Positions 46,915 through 56,800 of a stretch of DNA of 64,000 bases are shown one piece after another. Source of the stretch: Salinivirgaceae bacterium (GTDB lineage Bacteria > Bacteroidota > Bacteroidia > Bacteroidales > SZUA-534); the NCBI GenBank assembly GCA_017474765.1, contig JAFVGW010000032.1, positions 66,989 through 130,988 of the forward strand, read 5' to 3'. Made by a program: the position numbers and the translations under genes. The notes under the pieces are model-generated. The model worked only from the letters and a program-made list of their open reading frames with translations, did not search any database and had not been told where the DNA came from. How positions within the stretch are numbered: the first letter of the stretch is position 1; the number at the start of each line of letters is the position of its first letter.

Positions 46915-47036
46915 TAAAAGTTTAGAGTTTAACGTTTAGAGTTTAGAAGGTTTAGTGCTTCGCTGTTGAACAAGTTGAAACGAGTCATTCTTCATTATTA
47001 ATTATTCATTGTTAATTTTCAATTGTCAACTGTCAA
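46915..47036 (-). repeat. intercistronic A/T-rich word-repeat element, copy B (pstC -> pstA)
   Basis: Sense strand: TTGACAGTTGACAATTGAAAATTAACAATGAATAATTAATAATGAAGAATGA...TTTCAACTTGTTCAACAGCGAAGCACTAAACCTTCTAAAC... Confidence 0.7.
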
Positions 47037-47924
47037 TTACTTCCTTTCTATCTTTCTCAAAACCAATCGCGAAGCAAGGTTGAACACCAGCACCACCACG
47101 AAAAGCAGCAGCGCGGCGAACATCAGCGCTGACTCGTACATCGGCAGCGACAGCATCTCGCCGTAGTTGTTAGCAATGAGTGCGGGGATTGGGTAGCACG
47201 CATCGAAGACCGAATGCGGCACGGCGGCCATATTTCCGCACACCATCAGCACGGCAATGGTCTCGCCCAACGCCCTTGAAACGGCCAGCACAACCGACGC
47301 GAAAACGCCAGGCATCGATTTCCGCAGAACAACGCTTTGTGCTGTCTGCCAACGAGTTGCGCCCAATGCGTACGACGAGTCGCGAAGGTCGTTGCCGACG
47401 CTTGAGAAGAGTTCGACAAACAGACTCACCAACAACGGTAAAATCATAATACTCAACACGATACCCGCTGCCAGAGTTGTGTATCCCGACGAGAAACTGA
47501 CGAAATACGGCGCCAACTTGTCCGAAATCCACGGCACAATGACCAGCGTGCCCCACACGCCATAAATAACCGACGGCAGCGAAGCCAAAATATCGAGCGC
47601 GGGATAGACGCATTTTTTCACCCATCGGCGGGCGTATTCGGTCAGAAACACAGCGGTGAAGAGCGACAGCGGCAGCGCAATGACGACGGCAATCAGCGTC
47701 ACCCAAATGGTGCCCATCACAAACGGGAAGAACCCGAATTTGTTCTTGAACGGCTGCCACGTAGAGTCGGTAAGCAAGTCCCACAGCGGGATTTCGCTCA
47801 AAATGGGCGCCGATTTCCGATAGAGCCCCCAACCCATCACCAGCACAAACGCCAGCGCCACAATGGTGACCGTCCGCATAGCGCCGCTCGCCGTTCTGTC
47901 CTTGATAATCCGTAAGTTACTCAT
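47037..47924 (-). CDS. pstC: phosphate ABC transporter permease PstC
   Basis: Six-TM permease with DSSYALGATRWQT loop. First gene of pstCAB. Confidence 0.9.
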   Translation of the reverse strand: MSNLRIIKDRTASGAMRTVTIVALAFVLVMGWGLYRKSAPILSEIPLWDLLTDSTWQPFKNKFGFFPFVMGTIWVTLIAVVIALPLSLFTAVFLTEYARRWVKKCVYPALDILASLPSVIYGVWGTLVIVPWISDKLAPYFVSFSSGYTTLAAGIVLSIMILPLLVSLFVELFSSVGNDLRDSSYALGATRWQTAQSVVLRKSMPGVFASVVLAVSRALGETIAVLMVCGNMAAVPHSVFDACYPIPALIANNYGEMLSLPMYESALMFAALLLFVVVLVFNLASRLVLRKIERK

Positions 47925-47939
47925 TTTCGCCTTGCTTTT

Positions 47940-48042
47940 ACCTATTATATTGATAGGTGAATCGGCGGCAAATGTATGCTTTTTGGTTATTCAGCCTACC
48001 AAATTAATGGGTTAAAAGGTAAAAACGGGTATTTATACTTAT
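47940..48042 (-). promoter_or_regulatory. leader signature of the pstCAB operon: palindrome plus degenerate copy of the conserved box
   Basis: ACCTAT-N7-ATAGGT (47940-47958). AAAAACGGGTATTTATACTTAT (48021-48042) shares TTTATACTTA and the CG..TTTT part with the other two boxes. Confidence 0.4.
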
Positions 48043-48097
48043 TTGAAGGGGGGTGAAAATGGGTAAAATGGAAATCAGAAATAAGTAGCGCGATGCT

Positions 48098-48134
48098 GAA
48101 AAACTGCCGTGCATGATTGCAACATGCACGGCAG
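48098..48134 (-). terminator. intrinsic terminator after the DUF4139-like gene
   Basis: Minus-strand perfect 12-bp stem CTGCCGTGCATG-N7-CATGCACGGCAG followed by TTTTTC. Confidence 0.8.
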
Positions 48135-48228
48135 CTTTATCATTGAAGGAAGCCAAAATAAGGACATCAAACCAAAATGTCATCAAATAGCATGACGTTT
48201 ATAAAATTGGCTAACAATTAATTATCTG

Positions 48229-50136
48229 CTATTCTACCGAGAAATTGTAAGTCTTCGGATACTTAACCTCGTAACTGAACCTTAGAACCTTCTTCTCTTG
48301 CGGGGCAAGGTTGAGTTTCCACGTTAGTTTGCCCGTTTCCGCATTAACTTCGGCGCCGCCCTTGTCGGTAAGGTCAACTTTTATGTCGGAGAATTTCGGC
48401 AGCGGATATTGGTCGGTCAGTTCAACCGAAACAGCCTCGTTCTTATTGTTTTTAACCGTTATCTCGTAGCATTTCACAACTTTAACTGTTGTGCCGATAA
48501 TCTTTTTGGAGGTGAATTCCTTCACTGCTTGACGATTGACGGCAATGTCTTTGTCGCGGCCAATGGTGATTGCGAATGTGTCGGCGGCAAAGTCGGGCGC
48601 AATCTCGCACTCGCCCTGATAGGCGTTGTCAAGATAGATATATGCATTGCCCTTCAGCAGCGGGTACTGCGAAAAATCTTTCAAATCGGCCATCAGGAAC
48701 ACGTCTTTCGAACTGCGCGGCAGGCAAGTGAAACGATAACCAGCATCAATATGGTAGGTCAGCATCGAAACATCGTACTGCTTTCCGTCGCTTGGCACGG
48801 TGTACGGAACATCAATCTTGAACTCGGTAGTTGTTTGAGATTGAGCCAATTGCAATGGCACATTCTTTACAGGCTCACTATATTTCAACTTTTCTGGTGC
48901 GCTATTGGCTCCCCTGACCATAACTGGCGCGTAAGGTGATGGAGCCGCAACCTCCTTGTTTTGTACACCATAGCCAACAACCACAACTTCATCAAGTCCA
49001 GTAACATCTGGAGTCAACGAAATTTGCATATTTTCTGATGGTTTCACCTTCTCGGTTACATACCCTATATAACTGAACTCCAACTTGTTGTTAATATCCT
49101 TCATCTCTAAATTGAACTTGCCGTCCTGGTCTGTAATCGTGCCATTGACAGTTCCTGATTCAATGACATTTGCGCCAGGTATCGGTTCATATTTTTCATC
49201 TGTTACAATGCCGTACACAGTTCTTGAAACTGGCGGTGTCCATTTTTTCACTGTCGAAGTTCGTCTGACAGGCGGCAGATACATCGGGGCGAAATCGGGT
49301 GCGGCGTTGTCCACAGACGGGTCACCCGTTGATACTGTGAGTTTTACGCCGTTCCAATCTTCGGTTGACGATTGACTGATATGGGCACCGTAAACCAAGT
49401 CGAGAGGCTTGTTAACCGCTTCGGCGCGCACTTCGTAATATGGCTCCCATTTTGCGCTGAAAATGAGATAACTAAGTGTTACGGGTACATTCTGAGCCGC
49501 CGCATCGGCCGATAGCACGAGTTTCACGCGGCTGTCTTTCTTCTGCAACTCTTTCTGGCTGTTCTGCTTTTCTTGTGTCAGTTTGTTGAGTTCGTCCTTA
49601 CAGCGCTTAATTCGCTTGTTAACAGCAATTTTCTTTGTTGCAATCTCGTTTAGTTCCTTCTTGTAGAAATCAGTCATCGCCTTCAGTTCGGCCGCCGACA
49701 CACCGTTTTGCTGACCGCCAATATTCTTGTTTGAACTGATAAGCCCCTCCTCGCTTGCTAGAATCGAGAGTTGCGCGTTATAGTAACTGAGCGAATCTCT
49801 CAAAACATCCATTCGCTTATCTCTGGCAACATCCTGTTTCTGAGCCTTTTCATTATCAACAACATCAATCTCGTGCTTCACCGAAAGAATTTTCACGCTA
49901 TGGTTTTCAATGCCAACCCTCAACGTGTTCGGATCGAGTTCGGTGCTTAAATTGTTGAGATAGAGCGTTGTATTCCCTTTCGGGACATTCAAAACGCCAT
50001 TGCGGCTAACCATTGCGCCGTTGCGGTAAACGGTTACCGATTTAATCTCGGTTTTAACATTTTGAGCGTTTGCTGAAACGGTTGCCAGCAGCAAAGCTCC
50101 AGAAATCAGGAGTTTAAAAGAAAAGTTGTGTTTCAT
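48229..50136 (-). CDS. DUF4140/DUF4139 (MuiA-like) secreted protein with an inserted CarboxypepD_reg-like domain
   Basis: Signal peptide at MKHNFSFKLLISGALLLATVSANA. Central coiled-coil. Insert VYGIVTDEKYEPIPGANVIESGTVNGTITDQDGKFNLEM...FSYIGY. Confidence 0.75.
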   Translation of the reverse strand: MKHNFSFKLLISGALLLATVSANAQNVKTEIKSVTVYRNGAMVSRNGVLNVPKGNTTLYLNNLSTELDPNTLRVGIENHSVKILSVKHEIDVVDNEKAQKQDVARDKRMDVLRDSLSYYNAQLSILASEEGLISSNKNIGGQQNGVSAAELKAMTDFYKKELNEIATKKIAVNKRIKRCKDELNKLTQEKQNSQKELQKKDSRVKLVLSADAAAQNVPVTLSYLIFSAKWEPYYEVRAEAVNKPLDLVYGAHISQSSTEDWNGVKLTVSTGDPSVDNAAPDFAPMYLPPVRRTSTVKKWTPPVSRTVYGIVTDEKYEPIPGANVIESGTVNGTITDQDGKFNLEMKDINNKLEFSYIGYVTEKVKPSENMQISLTPDVTGLDEVVVVGYGVQNKEVAAPSPYAPVMVRGANSAPEKLKYSEPVKNVPLQLAQSQTTTEFKIDVPYTVPSDGKQYDVSMLTYHIDAGYRFTCLPRSSKDVFLMADLKDFSQYPLLKGNAYIYLDNAYQGECEIAPDFAADTFAITIGRDKDIAVNRQAVKEFTSKKIIGTTVKVVKCYEITVKNNKNEAVSVELTDQYPLPKFSDIKVDLTDKGGAEVNAETGKLTWKLNLAPQEKKVLRFSYEVKYPKTYNFSVE

Positions 50137-50226
50137 AAAAGTGTCTTTTGTGGTGTAAATGTAGTAAATGTTTTGGATTGTTGCTTTTTTGTGAGGCAAC
50201 AAAGCAATAACGCTGTTCGAGCACGC

Positions 50227-50835
50227 TTATTCTACAATTTTCTCGGAAAATTCTTTCAGCAAGTCGGGTGTGTAGATTTTTGCACGTGTCGAGTTTCTCA
50301 CTTCGCTCCAAAGAGTTGCCGCAATTTTCAGTTTGTTGCGGTATTTTGCGGTTTGCGGGTCGGCGCAAAAATCCTTCACAAAGCGATTCCACTGAAGGGC
50401 GGAATTGTCGTATTTCGCGTATGTCTTTTTGCCAAGGTAAATGTCGAGAAGGTCGTTGAGAGTGAATGATTTATCTTCGTCCGCCTTCACTTTTTTCACC
50501 GTTGCCACCATGTCCGCGTTGAATTTGAAGTTCTTAATGCCAGTCTGTTCGGCAAAGAAATCACGGAAACGAGGCCCAAAGGTGAATCCGCATTCCAGAA
50601 GCTTTGTATCAGGCGAAAGATTTGTGATTGTGGACTTTACGCGTTTCTGTGCCTTTTTCCCAGGTATTGCCGCACCATTAAAATAAGCCTCGATATTGCG
50701 TTGAAGCTCAATTTTCATTCCCGTTGAGGCTATACCTAACTGCTTGCAAATCTGCACTAATTCGTTTCGGTACCAATAGTATTTCGCAAACTCCTGATAC
50801 GATTTTATTTCGGCGAACGACGGGCGTGCGGTCAT
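50227..50835 (-). CDS. SAP-domain-like hypothetical protein
   Basis: ELVQICKQLGIASTGMKIELQRNIEAYF resembles a SAP helix-extended-helix. Start is the ATG at 50835, overlapping the upstream stop as ATGA. Confidence 0.6.
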   Translation of the reverse strand: MTARPSFAEIKSYQEFAKYYWYRNELVQICKQLGIASTGMKIELQRNIEAYFNGAAIPGKKAQKRVKSTITNLSPDTKLLECGFTFGPRFRDFFAEQTGIKNFKFNADMVATVKKVKADEDKSFTLNDLLDIYLGKKTYAKYDNSALQWNRFVKDFCADPQTAKYRNKLKIAATLWSEVRNSTRAKIYTPDLLKEFSEKIVE

Positions 50836-51881
50836 TTTCTGTGAGCCGTTATAATGGTATAACTCAGCGCGTTGACGGTGACTGTAATGCCGTTGGCCTT
50901 GCAATACCAGTTTTTGCCGTTGCGTGTGATTTTGCAGTCGGTCGAGGCAATCGTCTCTTTGCAATATTTAACAACGTCAGTATCAGTAAGTTTTAGGTTT
51001 CTTCTGATTCTGTCGGCACCCATCGGTGTGGTGTGGATTTTGTCGAGGTTGCGCAGTAAAGTCTCGGGGTGAGCATCAGCGTTATCAATCAACCTTTTCC
51101 CAATTTCTATCGAAAATTTGTCGGCATCGAGAATTGTAGGGAATTTCTCGCGGAAAGCATTCAGTTTGCTCAGCGAAATTGTTGCACGCCCGACTCCCGA
51201 TTGGCCTTCGGGCAAGCGGCTCGCAACGTTCCCGTATATGTCAACCAGCACACTGCCTCCCGAATAGTCGATACCAAGTCCGTCGGTGCCCACACGGTTA
51301 ACGCCAACCGTATAACATTGGTTTTCAATGGAACGGGCGCGGAGCAGAGGCTCGAAAACATTGTGGCGCGCTGTCGGCCAGTTGGCAACACACACAAGCA
51401 GGTCGTAGCTGTTGCCAACGTTTCGCAACCAGACGGGGAATCGCAAATCGTAGCATACAACGGGGCGGATTCGCCAGCCTTTGTATTCAAAAATCTTTAT
51501 TTCGGTTCCAGGGCTTAGGGTTTCGTTCTCGCAGCCCATGCGGAACAAGTGCCGTTTGTCATACCAATCAATGTGTCCGTCGGGGAAGACAATGAGCATT
51601 CGGTTGTAGAAAAGCTCTCCGTCGGCAACAATCTGGCTTCCCATAACAACTGATTTTTTTGCCGAGGCCGTATGGCTCATCCATTCAACTACCGAGCCGT
51701 CCATGGCCTGTGCGGTTCCTTCAATCTGGTTAGTGAACCCAGTTACGAACATTTCGGGCAGAACAATCAAGTCGGCGTCATTTATATCGGCCAACATATT
51801 GTCGTACTGGCGCAAATTGCCTTCAATGTTGTGCCACTTAATGTCGGGCTGCACGTAGGCAATATTGAGTAGGTCGGTCAT
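50832..51881 (-). CDS. carbon-nitrogen hydrolase (nitrilase superfamily, YafV/omega-amidase-like) fused to a DUF3781-like C-terminal domain
   Basis: E-K-C triad contexts LPEMFVTGF, WYDKRHLF, VCYDLRFP. An extra ~85 aa tail (HTTPMGADRIRRNL...KNWYCKANGITVTVNALSYTIITAHRK). Confidence 0.85.
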   Translation of the reverse strand: MTDLLNIAYVQPDIKWHNIEGNLRQYDNMLADINDADLIVLPEMFVTGFTNQIEGTAQAMDGSVVEWMSHTASAKKSVVMGSQIVADGELFYNRMLIVFPDGHIDWYDKRHLFRMGCENETLSPGTEIKIFEYKGWRIRPVVCYDLRFPVWLRNVGNSYDLLVCVANWPTARHNVFEPLLRARSIENQCYTVGVNRVGTDGLGIDYSGGSVLVDIYGNVASRLPEGQSGVGRATISLSKLNAFREKFPTILDADKFSIEIGKRLIDNADAHPETLLRNLDKIHTTPMGADRIRRNLKLTDTDVVKYCKETIASTDCKITRNGKNWYCKANGITVTVNALSYTIITAHRK

Positions 51882-52438
51882 AGGCGCACGCAGTCGGTCG
51901 AAAATTGTTTGGGGTGCCGCGCTGTGGGGTTTTTCTCGATGTAATAATTCCGAATATGCTCCATGTCGGCGTCGATGTTGTCGGTTGTCAGAAAGCGTTC
52001 TCCAATCGTCATGGTTTTCGCCTTATAGTCGAGAACGCTCAGATAGATTGGTACATTAGCTTGGCGGGCGATAAAATAGAAGCCACGCTTCAGTCTGTTA
52101 GTAAGCTTGCGAGTGCCTTCGGGCGTTATGCAGACGCAGAATTCATCGTTTTTGTTGAAATACTCAATAACCTGCTCAACCATTCCGGCCGAACGGCTGC
52201 GGTTGATTGGAATCGCTCCCAAAGCCTTCAGCAGCAGCCCCATAGGGAAAAAGAACATCTCTTTTTTGATGAATATCGATGGCGAAAAACCAGCGTACCA
52301 GAAAACCAGTTTGCCCCAGACAAAATCCATCATGCTTGTGTGCGGAAGCGCAATAACCACAAATTTCTTGTCAGTTGGAGGATTGTCGGTTAATTTCCAA
52401 CCGAAAAGTTTGATAATGAATCCGCTAAGTCGTTTCAT
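51878..52438 (-). CDS. PlsC-family acyltransferase
   Basis: HX4D motif PHTSMMD and TPEGTR block. 4-nt overlap with the downstream gene. Confidence 0.8.
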   Translation of the reverse strand: MKRLSGFIIKLFGWKLTDNPPTDKKFVVIALPHTSMMDFVWGKLVFWYAGFSPSIFIKKEMFFFPMGLLLKALGAIPINRSRSAGMVEQVIEYFNKNDEFCVCITPEGTRKLTNRLKRGFYFIARQANVPIYLSVLDYKAKTMTIGERFLTTDNIDADMEHIRNYYIEKNPTARHPKQFSTDCVRL

Positions 52439-52455
52439 AATGATAAATAGGCTTA

Positions 52456-52947
52456 TTAGTCATGCATATACAGAATTGTGATAGCCTGGACAGACGAGTC
52501 GTTTCTAAAAAGAATTTGCGGAATTGTATCGTAATATGTCAGTGTTAGTTCCGACTTGTTTAGCGTAACAATATCCATCATAACCGAATCGGGGCTGCCC
52601 GGATTCAGTATTATTCCTTTCTCATCATGGGTGAACTGCCACAAACCGCTATGCTGGAATTTGAAAATCTGCACATTATTAGCGCAGAAATCCTCGCCGA
52701 GCAGAATTTCATACTCACCCCTACTGAAAATCTCAAGCTGATCATCCTTCAGACATTCAGGACATTTGGGCAAATCAAAAATATTGACTTCCTCCGAGTT
52801 ACCTGTCGTATCGGTATAGGTTGTGACAATACCGCTCAAATTCCACAATCCTGTGGCCAGCATGTTCAGATTCGATTCTGGTTCGTTATCCGTGCTGCAC
52901 GCAGCCAACAGCGAACCAATAATCATTATCGCGAAGATTCGTTTCAT
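52456..52947 (-). CDS. small lipoprotein, lipocalin-like, function unknown
   Basis: Lipobox LLAACS. 163 aa. 1-nt overlap (TGATG) with the upstream gene. Confidence 0.6.
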   Translation of the reverse strand: MKRIFAIMIIGSLLAACSTDNEPESNLNMLATGLWNLSGIVTTYTDTTGNSEEVNIFDLPKCPECLKDDQLEIFSRGEYEILLGEDFCANNVQIFKFQHSGLWQFTHDEKGIILNPGSPDSVMMDIVTLNKSELTLTYYDTIPQILFRNDSSVQAITILYMHD

Positions 52948-53870
52948 CAGTTGATTATTGAAGAATGGGGTTTCCCGTTTTTAAATGTCTCTATCAGAAT
53001 CGCTTGCAGAACAACATCATCATACGACAGATTCCAATTCTTGTTGTTTAAGAGTTTTTTATACGAGTCGTTACCAACATATTTGCTTCGAGTCAAATCA
53101 ATATGCACCCCATTTGTCGACCAGCGGTAGAACTCATATTCGTAGTCACTCTCTTTCGACCACTGGCGCATTGGTCTGTACTCAGGTGCATTGCCCAACT
53201 TCTCCGACACCACGTTCATCACCTCTTTGATTTTGTAATCTTCAATTTTCCGACGTTCGATTGAGAAAATGTGATTGTAGCCTATTATCCTAAAACTCAA
53301 GTTTTTATCATTCACATGCTCGCAATCCTCAATGGTATAGTTTGAATAATTGTATATTCCGACGGTCTTGAGCAACGAACGGTCAATTTGATCACCTATC
53401 GAAAAATCAGAAATTTGGAATTTGACAGGTACAAAATTGTTTGTTTCTTCAATTTCAAGACGCTTGTCGGTTGAAAGAATGGTTGGGAACGGATCGGTGT
53501 AGATAATCAGTTTTGGACGTTTGTTGATGAACTTAATGTCGTAGCGGACAGTATCAACATTCAACTCACACCCCTTGATATGGAAAATGTGTTTTTCGTC
53601 GTACTCTCCAACGGGTTTATATCTCGACAGAACCATTGTTGAATCGGTCAGACGAAGCGGTATTTTAGTCGGATTTGAGAACTGGTCCAGCACGGTGTCA
53701 TAACTCATATACGAGAACGAAGAGTCGTTTTGTATCACCAACATAGTATCAGAATACCAGCTAACATCAGTGAAAGCATTGATGTTTTTCAATTGACGCT
53801 TACAACTGGTTGACAGTGCCAATAATGCAAACATTGCCAATCCGATTTTCATTAATCTGTTACTGTACAT
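52947..53870 (-). CDS. lipoprotein, function unknown
   Basis: Lipobox LSTSC. 307 aa. No recognisable catalytic motif. Confidence 0.6.
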   Translation of the reverse strand: MYSNRLMKIGLAMFALLALSTSCKRQLKNINAFTDVSWYSDTMLVIQNDSSFSYMSYDTVLDQFSNPTKIPLRLTDSTMVLSRYKPVGEYDEKHIFHIKGCELNVDTVRYDIKFINKRPKLIIYTDPFPTILSTDKRLEIEETNNFVPVKFQISDFSIGDQIDRSLLKTVGIYNYSNYTIEDCEHVNDKNLSFRIIGYNHIFSIERRKIEDYKIKEVMNVVSEKLGNAPEYRPMRQWSKESDYEYEFYRWSTNGVHIDLTRSKYVGNDSYKKLLNNKNWNLSYDDVVLQAILIETFKNGKPHSSIIN

Positions 53871-53888
53871 GTTATAAATAGTTTAAGG

Positions 53889-56800
53889 TTATTTTGTCTC
53901 TTTAAAGAACACTTGTGCCGATATACTTCGACCATCACGGAAATAATATGTTCCATAAGAATATTTCGCTTCGATATACTCGTGGGCGATACCGTCACGG
54001 TTGACAATCACACGTTTGATTTTCTTATTCTGCGAGTCGTAGTTCTCAGTTGTAATACCCTCAGGATATTGTTTTGCAAGGTCGTTGAGGAAGTGGTCGC
54101 TACGCTGGCCTGTAGGAACTTCGAACGACTTTTTGTCGTCGAACGAGTTTTGAGCGGCGGCCAGTTGTTCCTTGCGCTGGCGTTCAGCCTCGCTGTCGGC
54201 CAAAGCTTTTGCCTCCTGTACCCTCTTCTCACACAGTTCAACCTGGTCTTTCGGGTATTTCTCGTTCGGTTTTATTGCCGAAGCCGAACGATAGAGACCG
54301 ATAGCTGCCGAATAGTCCTTAGTTTTAAATGCATTGTCGGCCAATGTTATAGCATTCTTATAATCTGCATCGATTTTTGCAAGACGCTCTTTCTCCACCT
54401 CTGCCTTTAAGTTAGCAGTGATTTGGGCAATCTGCTGGTCAGGATAGGTTTCGTCTGGCTTGATGGCTTTTGCCGCATTGTATAGTTCAATTGCGTTGTC
54501 ATAGTTGTGGGCATTGAAGGCACGGTCAGCCTCTGCAACTTTGGCCTTATATGTGCGCAGTTGGTTCTCCTGTTCTGCTTTCTTTTGGGCGGCCTCGGCC
54601 AACAAAGTGTTAATCTGATCGATACGGCTTTTAGGATGCTGTTCGTCAGGCGATATTTGCAATGCCTGCTCATAGATAGGTTTGGCGTTTGCGTAATCTT
54701 TCTGGCTGAACAGATTGTCGGCCTTTGAAATCAAGTCTGCATATTGCTGGCGTTTTTGATTCTCTGCGTTTATAATATTCTGAGCCTCAGTGATTTTCTG
54801 CTTAGGATAAGCCTCATTCGCTCTGATTGCCAATGCCATGTTGTATGCATTGATAGCCTCGGTGTATTTCTTTTCACCAAAGAATCCGTCGGCAGTTGCA
54901 ATTGCCTGATTGTATTGGCGTTCCTCTTCGGCAGCTTTAGCAATCAAATTGTCAATCTCCACCATCCGACTCTTCGGGTAAGCCTCTTCAGGTTTTACTG
55001 CGGAAGCCTGACCATATAGCGTTTTAGCTTGTGCGTATGCTTTTGCGTTAAATTGTGCGTCGGCTTGCGAAATCAAGTTGTCGTACTCTGCATTTGTCTT
55101 TGCAGCCTTCTCTGCCACAACTTTTTGCTCGGCCAGGCGTTTGTCGATTTCAGCAATCCTTTCCTTCGGATATGTCTCTTCAGGTTTCAGCTGCGATGCG
55201 TTGACATAGTTGTTGCGTGCCTCGGCATACTGCCCCGACGAGAATTGGTCGTCGGCAAACGAAATCAGATTGATATACTTGTCGTCAGTCGCTTTCTGCG
55301 CTGCCAGCAACTTGTCAATCTCATCAATCTTCTGCTTCGGATATTTTTCAGCCGCCTTCACTGCCAAAGCCTGGTTGTAGAGGTTCTTCGCATCCTGATA
55401 TATCTTGATATTCAGCAGACTGTCGCCCTTGCGCACTGCATCGGCGTAAGCCTTGTCGCGGGCACGCTGCTGCTCTTCGGCGTTCTTCATGGCGAGCAGG
55501 CGGTTGGTGATGTCGTTTATGCGGTCCTGCGGATACTGCTCGGTCGGGAACACTGCCAGAGCCTCACGGTAAGCGGCCTCAGCCTCTGTCCACTTCTGCT
55601 CTTTATATAATTTGTCGGCTTTTGTAAGGGCTGCATTATACTGAGCCTTCTTGGCCGCACTGTCGGCCACAAGTCTGTCAATCTCCGCAATCTTGTCTTT
55701 CGGATATTGCTCGTTTGGCTTAATTGACGAAGCCTGCTGATAGGCCGATTTTGCAGCCTGGTACTCGTTCTTGGCAAATGCTTCGTCGGCAACTTTTATA
55801 AAGCCGTTGTATTTTTCAGTATTGGCTTTGTCGGCGGCCAACTGCCTGTCGATGGCATTGATTCTTGTCTGCGGATAACTCTCGGCAGGTTTTATCTCCT
55901 TGGCCTTCACATATTGTGTGCGCGCCTCAGTCAGTTTGTTCTGATTGAACAGATTGTCGGCGGCGGCAATGGCATCGGCATAGGCTTTCTCGATGGCTGC
56001 TTTGTTGGCGGCATCAGCTTCCAGACCTGCCATCAGCGCGTTAAGTTCAGCAATCTTGTCTTTCGGATACTGCTCATTGGGTTTTATGCCTGCGGCCTCG
56101 CTGTATTTTCCGAGCGCAGCCTCATATTGTTTGGCCGCGAAACTCTTGTCGGCGGCGGCAATGGCATCTTTATAGGCTTTCTCTTTTGCGGCAAGAGCAG
56201 CATCGGCATCATTCAAATCGCTCAAAATCTTGTCAATCTGCAGCAACTGGTTTTTGGGGTACTGGTCGTCCTTATATGTCAGCGCACGCTTATAATACAT
56301 TCTTGCATTTTCATATTGCTGAGTGTTGAAGAAGCCGTCGGCCAACTGAATATTCTTCTGATAGTTCTTCTCAATGTTCTGATTCTTGGCCAGAATCTTC
56401 TTTATGGCATTAATCTGATTGTCGGGATAAGGGTCGTAAGGGTCAATGTCAATGGCTTTGTCGTACAGACCGATGGCCTCATCGTAGTTTGCCTGACTGA
56501 ACTCAGCATCTGCCTGAGCGATAATCTTTTCGTACATCGCAGCACGCTTTTGCTCATAGTCTTTCATCATGGCTTTGATGCGTTTCTGCATCTCAGAAGT
56601 ATAGGCTTCGTCGTAGTCGAAATCGCCCATCTTATCAACGAATTTTATCTTACCGATGGGCTGCCCCATTATTGTGGCGTCAAAGCCTTCAACCTCAGGC
56701 AGCAGTTCCACACTGAACTTGTAATTCCAGATTCCAACATCCTCCACTGGAACGTTGGTGTTGAATTCAAGTTTCTTGCTGTAATACCCCTGCCGTGTGA

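Noticed and set aside
47170-47832. 220-aa minus-strand ORF in an alternative frame of pstC
   Set aside because: The pstC frame gives a canonical six-TM permease. The alternative frame is Arg/Gly-rich nonsense.
48004-48186. 60-aa minus-strand ORF
   Set aside because: It spans the terminator hairpin and the pstC leader box, so it is not credible as coding.
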